From NCBI GenBank assembly GCA_015233675.1, contig JADFXH010000001.1:12563-76562 (forward strand): DNA of 64,000 nucleotides, in the 5' to 3' direction. Each line of letters begins with the position of its first letter. Position 1 is the first letter of the stretch. The notes under the pieces were generated by a model, which saw only the letters and a program-made list of their open reading frames with translations, did not search any database and had not been told where the DNA came from. This DNA comes from Candidatus Omnitrophota bacterium. GTDB taxonomy: Bacteria > Omnitrophota > Gorgyraeia > Zapsychrales > Fredricksoniimonadaceae. A program made the position numbers and the translations under genes. Below, piece by piece: positions 1 to 8,543 of the stretch.

Positions 1-911
1 AAAAGAACCTCAGGGTTATCATTAGAATGTGAAGGGATATAACCCTTTTTGACCTGAGATAAAACATCTTCGGGATTCAAAGCGACCCGGGCCCCGTCCT
101 GAATCAGACGGTTGCTGCCCAAGGCTGTCTCATTATCGATATTAGAAGGGAGAACAAACACATCCTTATTTTGACTCAGGGCATAATCAGCGGTGATCAG
201 GGCCCCGCTTCTAGGTCCCGCTTCGATGACAACCGTCGCAAGGCTCAAGGCGCTGATGATACGGTTGCGCCAGGGAAAATTTTGCTTTAGCGGAGGCATT
301 GAACAGGCAAATTCAGAAATCACCGCGCCATTTTGACTGATCGCCTCCATTAAAGAAAGGTTTTCTTTTGGATACATATAATTAAAACCACAGCCGGTAA
401 CTGCAATGGTTTTGCCGCCTGCCTCAAGGCTGCCTCGATGGGCCGCAGTATCAATGCCTCGAGCCAGACCGGAAACCACTGTCATTCCCGCCTGAACAAA
501 GGCCCGGGCAAAGCTCTTAGCTGATTTACAGCCATAAAAGCTGGCCGCCCTCGAGCCCACCAGAGCTACTGACATTTGACACAGACAATCGATCTCACCT
601 TTGATATATAAAACCACCGGCGAATCTTCAAAATTTCTTAAAGAACATGGAAAATTCTCATCAGCGGCAGTCAGGACTATTAGCCCTTTATGCCGCATCA
701 AATTATATTCGTCTTGCAGAAATTTGTCTTTAGAAAAGTGGAATATATTTTCAGCGGTAGTTAGCGAAGTCAAACCGCAAACACGCAATTCATCAAGAGA
801 TGCACGCAAAACCCCCAAAGCACTGCCAAAATATGCCCTTAGTTTTCGGATGCGAATGGCCCCTAATTCCGGTACGGCGTTTAAAACAACTAAAGCTTCT
901 TGTTCGGTCAT
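1..911 (-). CDS. dprA: DNA-processing protein DprA/Smf (C-terminal end runs off window start)
   Basis: Own translation of the minus strand from ATG at 909-911 (GGGGAGGGG SD upstream). It gives MTEQEALVVLNAVPELG...VALVGSRAASFYG...GLARGIDTAAHRG...RNRIISALS...VIEAGPRSGALITA, typical DprA motifs. Absent from the ORF track because it is open to the window edge. Confidence 0.85.
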   Translation of the reverse strand, partial: MTEQEALVVLNAVPELGAIRIRKLRAYFGSALGVLRASLDELRVCGLTSLTTAENIFHFSKDKFLQDEYNLMRHKGLIVLTAADENFPCSLRNFEDSPVVLYIKGEIDCLCQMSVALVGSRAASFYGCKSAKSFARAFVQAGMTVVSGLARGIDTAAHRGSLEAGGKTIAVTGCGFNYMYPKENLSLMEAISQNGAVISEFACSMPPLKQNFPWRNRIISALSLATVVIEAGPRSGALITADYALSQNKDVFVLPSNIDNETALGSNRLIQDGARVALNPEDVLSQVKKGYIPSHSNDNPEVL

Positions 912-935
912 AACCCCTCCCCTGCAGGCTGCTCG

Positions 936-1160
936 GTTCTGTTAAAATTTGCCATTAGCCAACCATGCCAATGGCTAAGGTTATGGTATTATTTCCGAAA
1001 CGGGATATTTTTGCCGTCCGCTTCGGTTTACAACTAATTTTTCCTAAAGTTTCTCTTCATTTGGAAAAAATTTGTTGTAAATCCTCGCGGACTTTTGGCA
1101 AAAAATCCCAGAATGTTTCGAAAATAATACCATAACCTTAGCCATCGCATTCCTTGACAT
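936..1160. repeat. Palindromic intergenic element, copy A (scaffold plus family-1 long hairpin 971-1145)
   Basis: About 96 % identical to 5596-5820. The 31-nt outer arms atggctaaggttatggtattatttccgaaac / gtttcgaaaataataccataaccttagccat pair 30/31. Conserved core shared with three more loci. Confidence 0.9.
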
Positions 1161-1177
1161 TCTTTGCACAGGCTGAT

Positions 1178-1678
1178 CTATATTCTTTTAAGGATTTCGA
1201 CAACCGGGCCTTCGATGGACGCGTCATTAGCATCAATAACGTGGTCTGCCTGATTGTACAGGGGGAGTCTTTGCTGGTACATCTGCCGGATAGACCCGAG
1301 GGGATCGGGGACTTTCAACAGGGGCCGATGTTTCTCATTCTTAATACGCTGATAAATGACCTCCGGTGCTGCCTGTAAGAAGAATACAATACCATTGGTC
1401 TTGAGATGTTGCAAGTTTTCCTTGCGAAGGACAGCTCCTCCTCCGCAATCAATAATAACGCCCCGACGCAGTGAAACTTCTTTAATGACTTGCGCTTCCA
1501 GGTCCCTGAAGTAGGGTTCACCATGATCTGTAAAAATCGCATCAATAGATTTTGCCGCTTTAGCTTCAATCAATGCGTCGGTCAAAACCAACTGAACCTT
1601 AAGTTGCTTTGCCAATCTGCGGGCTATCATGGATTTCCCAGAGCCCATAAATCCGACTAAAACAATATTCTTTTCCAT
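1178..1678 (-). CDS. aroK: Shikimate kinase
   Basis: 166 aa with P-loop GFMGSGKS, and typical size and motifs for AroK. Confidence 0.9.
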   Translation of the reverse strand: MEKNIVLVGFMGSGKSMIARRLAKQLKVQLVLTDALIEAKAAKSIDAIFTDHGEPYFRDLEAQVIKEVSLRRGVIIDCGGGAVLRKENLQHLKTNGIVFFLQAAPEVIYQRIKNEKHRPLLKVPDPLGSIRQMYQQRLPLYNQADHVIDANDASIEGPVVEILKRI

Positions 1679-2001
1679 TAGGATGTCATCAAAGCCGTAA
1701 ACAGCAAACGATGTTTGTTGACTTGATAGCTGATCGATACTATCTGCTGATACCCTTCTCTTTCATAAACAACCCTGATCTTTTGAAGGATTTCATCCAT
1801 ATCAGCTGTGGTTAAATATTTATTACGGTAAGGCTTGAATAGTTTGACGAATTGATTCTTATCTTGAAGCACAAAACCTTCCATGACAATATTACGGATC
1901 AAAACACCCTTATCCTGTACGGCCGCTTGAGGGGCAGGACTTTTTTGAGCAAAGGAGGGTAAAGACACAAACAACAATAAAACAAAAAGACAATAACGCA
2001 T
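1678..2001 (-). CDS. Small secreted protein with a POTRA-like domain
   Basis: 107 aa. N-terminal signal peptide (LLLFVSLPSFA), then IRNIVMEGF...LTTADMDEILQKIRVVYEREGY, which resembles POTRA domains of ShlB/BamA-type proteins. Confidence 0.45.
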   Translation of the reverse strand: MRYCLFVLLLFVSLPSFAQKSPAPQAAVQDKGVLIRNIVMEGFVLQDKNQFVKLFKPYRNKYLTTADMDEILQKIRVVYEREGYQQIVSISYQVNKHRLLFTALMTS

Positions 2002-2018
2002 ATTCTTATTCCTTTTTT

Positions 2019-2393
2019 CTAGTTTGAGGCATTATCAGAGGGTGCCCCTGATTTTGTAACAGTCAACTCTTTTGACATCTCACCCCCTAAAGAACAGAAC
2101 AATTCGACTTTAATAACATCACCGGCTTGGGCCGTCAAAGGCACGTCATCGCTAAACTGATTATAATCACTTTGTCTGAAATAATTCAAGGTTGAAACTT
2201 GCGTCTTATTGACATAAACATTCATTAAACGCACATAACTTTTATTCAAATCAAATGATGGGTGTACCGCTTCGACATGTAAAGACCCGCGGTCTAAATC
2301 ATACGATAAATTAATACTGACCGGCGGTGTTGCAAAGCCGGGCGAAATAAAAAAAATAAATAAACAAAATAGAACGGGTAAAACGATTCTCAT
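2019..2393 (-). CDS. Hypothetical secreted/membrane-anchored protein
   Basis: ORF 2019..2444. The likely start is MRIVLPVLFCLF at 2393, overlapping the pilD stop. Hydrophobic N-terminus; no recognisable domain. Confidence 0.5.
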   Translation of the reverse strand: MRIVLPVLFCLFIFFISPGFATPPVSINLSYDLDRGSLHVEAVHPSFDLNKSYVRLMNVYVNKTQVSTLNYFRQSDYNQFSDDVPLTAQAGDVIKVELFCSLGGEMSKELTVTKSGAPSDNASN

Positions 2394-3190
2394 AGGTGGT
2401 AAATGCCTCCTGTAAGGAAAAAATAAATAATTTTTTCGCCCCAAAACAAGCTGACCAAAGCCGCCATGATCAAAAAAGGGCCATAGGCAATAGTGCTGTC
2501 TTTGGTGCGTATTTTTTCAACAATACCGAAACCTGCTCCAAAAAATGGGGCCAAGAAAAAAGTCAAGACCGCCAGCTTCCAACCCATAAAAGCCCCGACC
2601 ATTCCCATCAATTTTACATCCCCCCCACCCATGGTTTCTTTCTTAAAAATAAAATCTCCGAACATCCCCATTAAATAAATGGTGCCGCTTCCGACTAAAA
2701 GTCCCACCAGAGAAAACCCCGCTCCCAGAAACGGGGATCGAACGCCGTGGAGCTGCGGAATAAATAAGCTAAACACCACCCCCGCAACCATACCGCCGAT
2801 AGAAACCTCATCCGGAATTATACGATGCTCAAAATCCACAAAAGTAGCGACAATAAAACCGCTGACCATGACCAAATAAGGCCATAAAACCGGCTGTATT
2901 CCGTAATGCAGATAAAATAAAAGAAAAATTACTCCTGTTAACAATTCCACCAGCCAATAACGAAACGAGATTCTTTCCTTACAGGCGCGGCAGCGCCCAC
3001 CTAAAAGGAGCCAACTGATCAAAGGGATGTTGTCATACCATTTAATAGGCGTTCGGCAAGCGACACAGTGAGACCCCGGAAAAACAATGGATTTCTCCAA
3101 AGGCAGACGCACAATGCAGACATTAAGAAAACTTCCGGTCATAGCACCAACGATAAACATAAAAAAACCTAATAAATGATCAAGATCCAT
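2390..3190 (-). CDS. pilD: Prepilin peptidase (A24 family, type IV pilin leader peptidase/N-methyltransferase)
   Basis: 266 aa, polytopic. CxxC...CxxC (HCVACRTPIKW...GGRCRACK) and a typical PilD N-terminus. Confidence 0.85.
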   Translation of the reverse strand: MDLDHLLGFFMFIVGAMTGSFLNVCIVRLPLEKSIVFPGSHCVACRTPIKWYDNIPLISWLLLGGRCRACKERISFRYWLVELLTGVIFLLFYLHYGIQPVLWPYLVMVSGFIVATFVDFEHRIIPDEVSIGGMVAGVVFSLFIPQLHGVRSPFLGAGFSLVGLLVGSGTIYLMGMFGDFIFKKETMGGGDVKLMGMVGAFMGWKLAVLTFFLAPFFGAGFGIVEKIRTKDSTIAYGPFLIMAALVSLFWGEKIIYFFLTGGIYHL

Positions 3191-4058
3191 GGTTTACCTC
3201 TTCTAAAGATTTTCTCATTACTTTCTTAACCCGCTCGTCTAATTCCACATCTGACCAATGCCAGAAAGCCAAAACGCCCTGAAAAAACAACATCCCCAAA
3301 CCATTGACTGTCCGGGCCTTCTTAAGTCGCGCTTGTGCCAATAGTTTAGTTTCTCGGGGCATGTAAATGACATCATATACCAGCATGTCTTTGTGTAAAA
3401 ATCCAGGATCAATCAGGAGAGGATCACTCTCTTTCATCCCCACATTAGTCGTGTTAATCAAAAGATCAGCCAGTTCAATATTTAAACCTTGAATATCATC
3501 AACAATAGTAACGATCCCGGTCTTGATTTTTTTACCGACTTCTTCAACCAGAGCTTGAGCATTGGCCCGGCTACGGTTGTAAAGCGTGATGCTTTTAGGC
3601 CCTTGAGGAAGCATGCACAAGACGCTGATGATCGCCCGAGCGGTCCCCCCTGCTCCCAAGATAGCGACACGCTTACCGCTTAAGTCAAAGTTAATATCTG
3701 CCAAATGGCTTAAAAATCCAGGGCCGTCAGTATTAAACCCATGGATTTTTCGTTGATGATCGATCACAAGGGTATTTACCGCACCCATCTTATCCGCTAA
3801 AGGATCGATGCTATCAAGATATTGCAACACATCTTCTTTATAGGGCACTGTCACATTGAGGCCAAAAATAGGATTATCAGCCTCTTTGAGGTCTTCCATA
3901 AAAAGCTTAAGCTCTTGGCGGTCAGCCAAAGGAAACAATTTATACACCGCGTTAACCTTCAAAGCCTTAAATGCGGCATTGTGCATCACAGGCGAAAGGC
4001 TGTGAGCAACCGGATTTCCAATGATCCCATATATTGCCGGAGGTTCGTAAACCATCAC
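3180..4058 (-). CDS. aroE: Shikimate 5-dehydrogenase
   Basis: 292 aa with IGNPVAHSLSPVMHNAAF and GAGGTARA NADP motifs. Confidence 0.9.
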   Translation of the reverse strand: MMVYEPPAIYGIIGNPVAHSLSPVMHNAAFKALKVNAVYKLFPLADRQELKLFMEDLKEADNPIFGLNVTVPYKEDVLQYLDSIDPLADKMGAVNTLVIDHQRKIHGFNTDGPGFLSHLADINFDLSGKRVAILGAGGTARAIISVLCMLPQGPKSITLYNRSRANAQALVEEVGKKIKTGIVTIVDDIQGLNIELADLLINTTNVGMKESDPLLIDPGFLHKDMLVYDVIYMPRETKLLAQARLKKARTVNGLGMLFFQGVLAFWHWSDVELDERVKKVMRKSLEEVNHGS

Positions 4059-5578
4059 TTTAAATTTTGCTGGGCCACAAATTTGTTGATAGCGTTAATA
4101 TATGCTTTGGCTGATGCCTCAATGATGTCCGTGCTGGCGCCGCGGCCTATAACAGTTTTCCCTGCAATAATAACTTTGACCGTCACGTCACCTAATGCAT
4201 CCTTACCCTGAGTGACGGCTTTAATACTATAATCCAATAAATCAGCTTTCAGTTTAGTCACCGATTCTATGGCTTTATAACAAGCATCCACCGGGCCATC
4301 GCCGCTGGACTCTTTTGTTTGCTTTTTGCCTTTATGACTAATTGTTACAACCACTTGCGGGGCAATGTTTGTCCCGCTGGTGGAAATCAAATCCACTAAG
4401 GTGTACGCCACACGCGCCAAATGCCCCTGATCCTCAACAATGGCCACCAAATCCTCATCATAAATTTCTTTCTTTTTATCAGCCAGCGACTTAAACCGGA
4501 CAAAAGCCTTATCTAAATCCTCATCCGGCAATTCAATGCCCAGACTTTTCAAACGGTCTTTAAACGCGTGACGGCCGGAATGTTTGCCTAAGACCAACCC
4601 TTCGCCGGAGGGCATCCCTAAATCTTCAGGGTTCATGATTTCATAGGTGCGCCGTTCCTTCAATATGCCATCTTGATGGATGCCTGACTCATGACGAAAA
4701 GCATTGGCACCAATGATGGCCTTGTTGGGCGGCACGATGAAACCCGTAGCCTTTGAGACCATGCGGGAAATACGGTAAAACTCTTTTGTCTTAATATTAG
4801 TCGACAAATGATAAAAATCAGAGCGGGTTTTTAACCCCATGACAATCTCTTCCATCGAAGCATTGCCTGCCCTCTCGCCAATACCGTTGATAGTGCATTC
4901 GACCTGACGCGCACCGTTTTGAACCCCGCTCAAAGAATTAGCAACAGCCAAACCCAAATCATCATGGCAATGGGTGGAAATAACTGCTTTGCCGATATTA
5001 GGAACATTTTTGCATATCCCCGCAATCACCGCCCCGTATTCCTCCGGAGTACTATATCCAACTGTGTCAGGGATATTAACCGTACTTGCACCTGCCTTGA
5101 TAACTTCCTCCAAGATACGGTACAAAAATGCTTTTTCAGTTCGAGAGGCATCTTCCGGTGAAAATTCAATATTATCCATACGCTTGCGCGCATATTTAAC
5201 GGATTCGACTGCTATAGCCATAATCTCATCCTGACTCTTTTTCAACTTATGTTGTAAATGAATCTTGGAGGTGGCCAAAAAGATATGGATGCGTTTATGA
5301 CGGGCTAATTTGACGGCCTCGATAACAGCATCAATGTCTTTGATAACACAGCGTGCCAAACCGCAGACAAAGGAATTCTTTATATGACGAGCAACATTTT
5401 GCACTGAATCAAAGTCCCCCTTGGAAGAAACCGGAAAACCTGCTTCTATAATGTCTACACCCAAACGCTCCAGAGAAAAGGCGATTTCTAATTTTTCCTC
5501 AGCGCTCATGGTTGCCCCCGGCGCCTGCTCTCCGTCGCGTAAAGTCGTATCAAAAATTAAAACTTTATCGGTTTTCAT
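4055..5578 (-). CDS. leuA: 2-isopropylmalate synthase
   Basis: 507 aa with IFDTTLRDGEQ and HCHDDLGLAVANS, plus the C-terminal LeuA dimerisation/regulatory region. Confidence 0.9.
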   Translation of the reverse strand: MKTDKVLIFDTTLRDGEQAPGATMSAEEKLEIAFSLERLGVDIIEAGFPVSSKGDFDSVQNVARHIKNSFVCGLARCVIKDIDAVIEAVKLARHKRIHIFLATSKIHLQHKLKKSQDEIMAIAVESVKYARKRMDNIEFSPEDASRTEKAFLYRILEEVIKAGASTVNIPDTVGYSTPEEYGAVIAGICKNVPNIGKAVISTHCHDDLGLAVANSLSGVQNGARQVECTINGIGERAGNASMEEIVMGLKTRSDFYHLSTNIKTKEFYRISRMVSKATGFIVPPNKAIIGANAFRHESGIHQDGILKERRTYEIMNPEDLGMPSGEGLVLGKHSGRHAFKDRLKSLGIELPDEDLDKAFVRFKSLADKKKEIYDEDLVAIVEDQGHLARVAYTLVDLISTSGTNIAPQVVVTISHKGKKQTKESSGDGPVDACYKAIESVTKLKADLLDYSIKAVTQGKDALGDVTVKVIIAGKTVIGRGASTDIIEASAKAYINAINKFVAQQNLK

Positions 5579-5595
5579 GGCTATATCTCCTCATA

Positions 5596-5820
5596 GTTCT
5601 GTCAAAATTTGCCATTAGCCAACCCTGCCTATGGCTAAGGTTATGGTATTATTTCCGAAACGGGATATTTTTGCCGTCCGCTTCGGTTTACAACTAATTT
5701 TTCCTAAAGTTTCTCTTCATTTGGAAAAAATTTGTTGTAAATCCTCGCGGACTTTTGGCAAAAAATCCCTGAATGTTTCGGAAATAACACCATACCTTAG
5801 CCATCGCATTCCTTGACACT
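5596..5820. repeat. Palindromic intergenic element, copy B (scaffold plus family-1 long hairpin 5631-5804)
   Basis: About 96 % identical to 936-1160 (roughly 8 differences). Begins gttctgtcaaaattt and ends ccttgacact. Confidence 0.9.
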
Positions 5821-5830
5821 ATCAAATATT

Positions 5831-5856
5831 AAGGGCGGCTGTTGAGAGCCGCCCTT
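5831..5856 (-). terminator. Candidate intrinsic terminator after ilvC
   Basis: aagggcggc-tgttgaga-gccgccctt, a 9-bp GC-rich stem. On the minus strand it is followed by UUAAUAUUU, about 40 nt after the ilvC stop. Confidence 0.55.
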
Positions 5857-5895
5857 AGATTATATACTACCTATCCTTTTGGTGTATCAACAGTT

Positions 5896-6888
5896 TTATT
5901 TTTTCATCCAGCTCATCATAGCCCGAAGTCGAGCTCCCACTTTTTCAACAGGATGATTTTCTCCGGCTTTTCGCATCTTAAGGAAATTCTTACGGCCGTT
6001 CTTGTTTTCAGCCATCCATTCACTGGCAAATCGGCCATTTTGGATTTCTTTTAAGATCTTCTGCATTTCACGGCGGGTACGTTCATTGACTACGCGTGTG
6101 CCCCGTGTCATGTCGCCATATTCAGCAGTATCAGAGACACGCTTGCGCATGCCTTGAATGCCGTCTTCATAAATAAGATCCACTATCAATTTTAATTCAT
6201 GCAAACATTCAAAATAAGCTATTTCCGGCTGATACCCGGCTTTAGTCAAAGTCTCAAAGCCTGCTTTAACTAATTCACTGGCACCACCGCATAAAACAGC
6301 CTGCTCACCGAACAAATCAGTTTCGGTTTCTTCTTTGAATGTTGTCTGAATGATGCCCGCACGTGAACCGCCGATACCTTTGGCATAGGCCAACGCGATT
6401 TTCAAAGCCTTGCCTGTGGCATTTTGATGGACCGCAACCAAACAGGGAACTCCACGGCCTTCTTCATACTGACGACGCACCAAAGCGCCCGGCCCCTTGG
6501 GAGCTATCATAAATACATCGACATTTTTTGGCGGTATAATGAACTTAAAATGAATATTAAACCCGTGTGAGAACGCCAAGGCCTTGCCCTTAGTCAAATA
6601 CGGCTCGATAGAATTCTTGTAAATATCCGCCTGTAAATGGTCTTGGGTCAAAATAATGATCACATCCGCTTGTTGCGTGGCCTCCTCAACAGACATAGGT
6701 TTAAAGCCATCCTGGATCGCTTTTGTATAATTGGGACCTCCCGGGCGCTGGGCGATAATCACCTTCAAGCCGCTATCGCGCAAATTCAACGCCTGACCCC
6801 GGCCCTGAATACCGTAACCCACGACCGCGATGGTTTTATCTTTGATATCGTTAATATTGCAATTTTTATCGTAAAAAATTTTAGCCAT
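5896..6888 (-). CDS. ilvC: Ketol-acid reductoisomerase
   Basis: 330 aa with [18 protein letters not shown] and a typical class I KARI sequence. Confidence 0.92.
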   Translation of the reverse strand: MAKIFYDKNCNINDIKDKTIAVVGYGIQGRGQALNLRDSGLKVIIAQRPGGPNYTKAIQDGFKPMSVEEATQQADVIIILTQDHLQADIYKNSIEPYLTKGKALAFSHGFNIHFKFIIPPKNVDVFMIAPKGPGALVRRQYEEGRGVPCLVAVHQNATGKALKIALAYAKGIGGSRAGIIQTTFKEETETDLFGEQAVLCGGASELVKAGFETLTKAGYQPEIAYFECLHELKLIVDLIYEDGIQGMRKRVSDTAEYGDMTRGTRVVNERTRREMQKILKEIQNGRFASEWMAENKNGRKNFLKMRKAGENHPVEKVGARLRAMMSWMKK

Positions 6889-8210
6889 TAATCGTCCCCT
6901 TCTCCGTCTAAATGGGCCTGCACGTGGCGTAAGCCGATCGTTGTCTTCACAGGCTTGATAATTGAAGTCACAAAATCTTTAGTGTCATTCACATTAAGCT
7001 GTTTAAAAAGAAACTCAAAGTTCTTTTCAATTTCCGCAGAGATGCCTTGTTTAACACTTTCAGGCATACCATAAATTTCTTTTTTAAATTGCCCTAGCGC
7101 GCGTTTACGGGCTTTGTAAATAAACTGCTCGTCGCTGTCTTTGGGCTTACGTTCGCTGGCACAATTTACTTTACTCCACGCCACCATTCGCGCATACAGG
7201 TCTTTTGGAAACAACTGGCTGTCTAATATCTTGTTTTGAAAATTAGTCGCCAAATGAATCTCAATGGTATTAATTTCCGGGAACTTATTGAACGCTTCAT
7301 CCGGCAAGGTGGAAGCGCCATGCTGCACCGCGCCGCCTAAACCGTATTTTTGCTGACCAGCAGCGGAAAGAGCTTTTAAAGTATCGAAATCCACTTTCAC
7401 GCTGGCAATCGTACCATCGGGCAATACCACCCCGCCGTGAGAGGTCCCCGTCTGGACCGAAAGTTTACTCAAGCCCGTCAAACCTTTGGGCAAGCTCTTG
7501 TTATAACCGTCCATAAAAGCCGTCAATTCCTCTACTGTGCTGTTTTTATGGCCGACTTCGCCAATTTCACCGCCAACTGAAATTTGAATACCCGTGGGCT
7601 GAATGGAACGGATGAGCTTAGTCATTTCAGCACAAACTTCAAAATTATCCCTCTGCTGCTCGGTCAAGGTCGGACGTTCCAAAACTACGGTTGTGGAAGA
7701 ATCCACATCAATATTATAAAATCCGGCGGCAATGCAATCCGCTACCAAGTCTTTGAGCCCGGCAACTTCCTTGGCCTTATTTTCAAAATAAGCTGTTGCT
7801 TTGATTTGACAATGGTCAGCCTGAACAAACACAGGCCCGCTATAGCCTTCTTTGATAGCCGCCGCTAAAATAACAGCGGAATATTCAACCGGAGGCTGAT
7901 TAGTGTAACCCATTTCAGATTTGGCAATTTCAAAAATAAAAGCACCCGCGTTGAGACGTTTAGCTGTGCGGAATATGGCACGGGCCAAATAATAAGTTAA
8001 AGAACGTAAATTCATGGCCGGTACGGTAAAATTCTTACCCTTCCCCTTACCGCGGGCCATATAAACATCCTGGATAGAAGCTAAAAATATACCTTTTGAC
8101 TGGGCTTCAGACTGAATTTTCTGGGCCAAAGCCTCTTTTTCCTTGATATTATCAGTCATTACCAATTTTTGCACTACTGCATCAACATCAAAAGCTGAAT
8201 TGTCTGCCAT
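6888..8210 (-). CDS. Class II (metal-dependent) fructose/ketose-bisphosphate aldolase family protein, long form
   Basis: ORF 6888..8258. The likely start is MADNSAF at 8210, with AAGGAG 8 nt upstream. Motifs PVFVQADHC and TSHGG. Confidence 0.75.
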   Translation of the reverse strand: MADNSAFDVDAVVQKLVMTDNIKEKEALAQKIQSEAQSKGIFLASIQDVYMARGKGKGKNFTVPAMNLRSLTYYLARAIFRTAKRLNAGAFIFEIAKSEMGYTNQPPVEYSAVILAAAIKEGYSGPVFVQADHCQIKATAYFENKAKEVAGLKDLVADCIAAGFYNIDVDSSTTVVLERPTLTEQQRDNFEVCAEMTKLIRSIQPTGIQISVGGEIGEVGHKNSTVEELTAFMDGYNKSLPKGLTGLSKLSVQTGTSHGGVVLPDGTIASVKVDFDTLKALSAAGQQKYGLGGAVQHGASTLPDEAFNKFPEINTIEIHLATNFQNKILDSQLFPKDLYARMVAWSKVNCASERKPKDSDEQFIYKARKRALGQFKKEIYGMPESVKQGISAEIEKNFEFLFKQLNVNDTKDFVTSIIKPVKTTIGLRHVQAHLDGEGDD

Positions 8211-8235
8211 AATATTACTCCTTATCGTACATGGG

Positions 8236-8436
8236 GTTCTGTCAAAATCCGCTTCCAAATGACGCGGGGCCTGTCCTTAGCCTCAACATTAAGGAGCTCC
8301 TCAGGCGGGAGCAACCTTAACAGCAGTTCCGACGGTGATTTTTCCTAAACCGCCCACTTGAGCAGGTGCCGTGCGCTCCTTAACATTGAGGCTAAAGACA
8401 CCCGCTAATCCATGTTTTCATATAACTTTTGACACT
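8236..8436. repeat. Palindromic intergenic element, copy C (same scaffold termini, different hairpin cargo)
   Basis: Begins gttctgtcaaaat and ends cttttgacact. Internal arms ccttagcctcaacattaaggagc (8275-8297) and gctccttaacattgaggctaaag (8375-8397). Confidence 0.8.
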
Positions 8437-8472
8437 AAACACATGAATTCATATTCAAAAGAATATTTGGTT

Positions 8473-8500
8473 ATTATAACATTTTCCGCCCCGGCTGCAA
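8473..8500 (-). promoter_or_regulatory. Candidate sigma70-type promoter for the aldolase gene
   Basis: Minus strand reads TTGCAG-16 nt-TATAAT. This places element C inside a ~255-nt 5' UTR. Confidence 0.55.
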
Positions 8501-8543
8501 GAGCTTCTTCAAAAAATGGGCAGAAAAAATCTAGAATTATGAA

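Noticed and set aside
601-945. Plus-strand ORF (114 aa) and many similar 60-180 aa ORFs in the track that lie antisense to larger genes (for example 2396..2674, 4919..5161, 16235..16654, 24527..24919, 37505..38053, 62679..63122).
   Set aside because: Each is fully contained in, and antisense to, a longer ORF with clear family motifs. Their translations are low-complexity or composition-driven and lack SD-start geometry. I treat them as shadow ORFs.
5631-5816. Small ORFs that cross the family-1 hairpins and give similar peptides (5631..5816, 63290..63520, 63255..63437, 56850..57134; for example RDIFAVRFGLQ...SLHLE...).
   Set aside because: The peptide similarity simply mirrors DNA conservation. 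Frames, starts and stops are not maintained between copies, the copies occur in both orientations, and the substitutions are arm-compensating rather than codon-aware.
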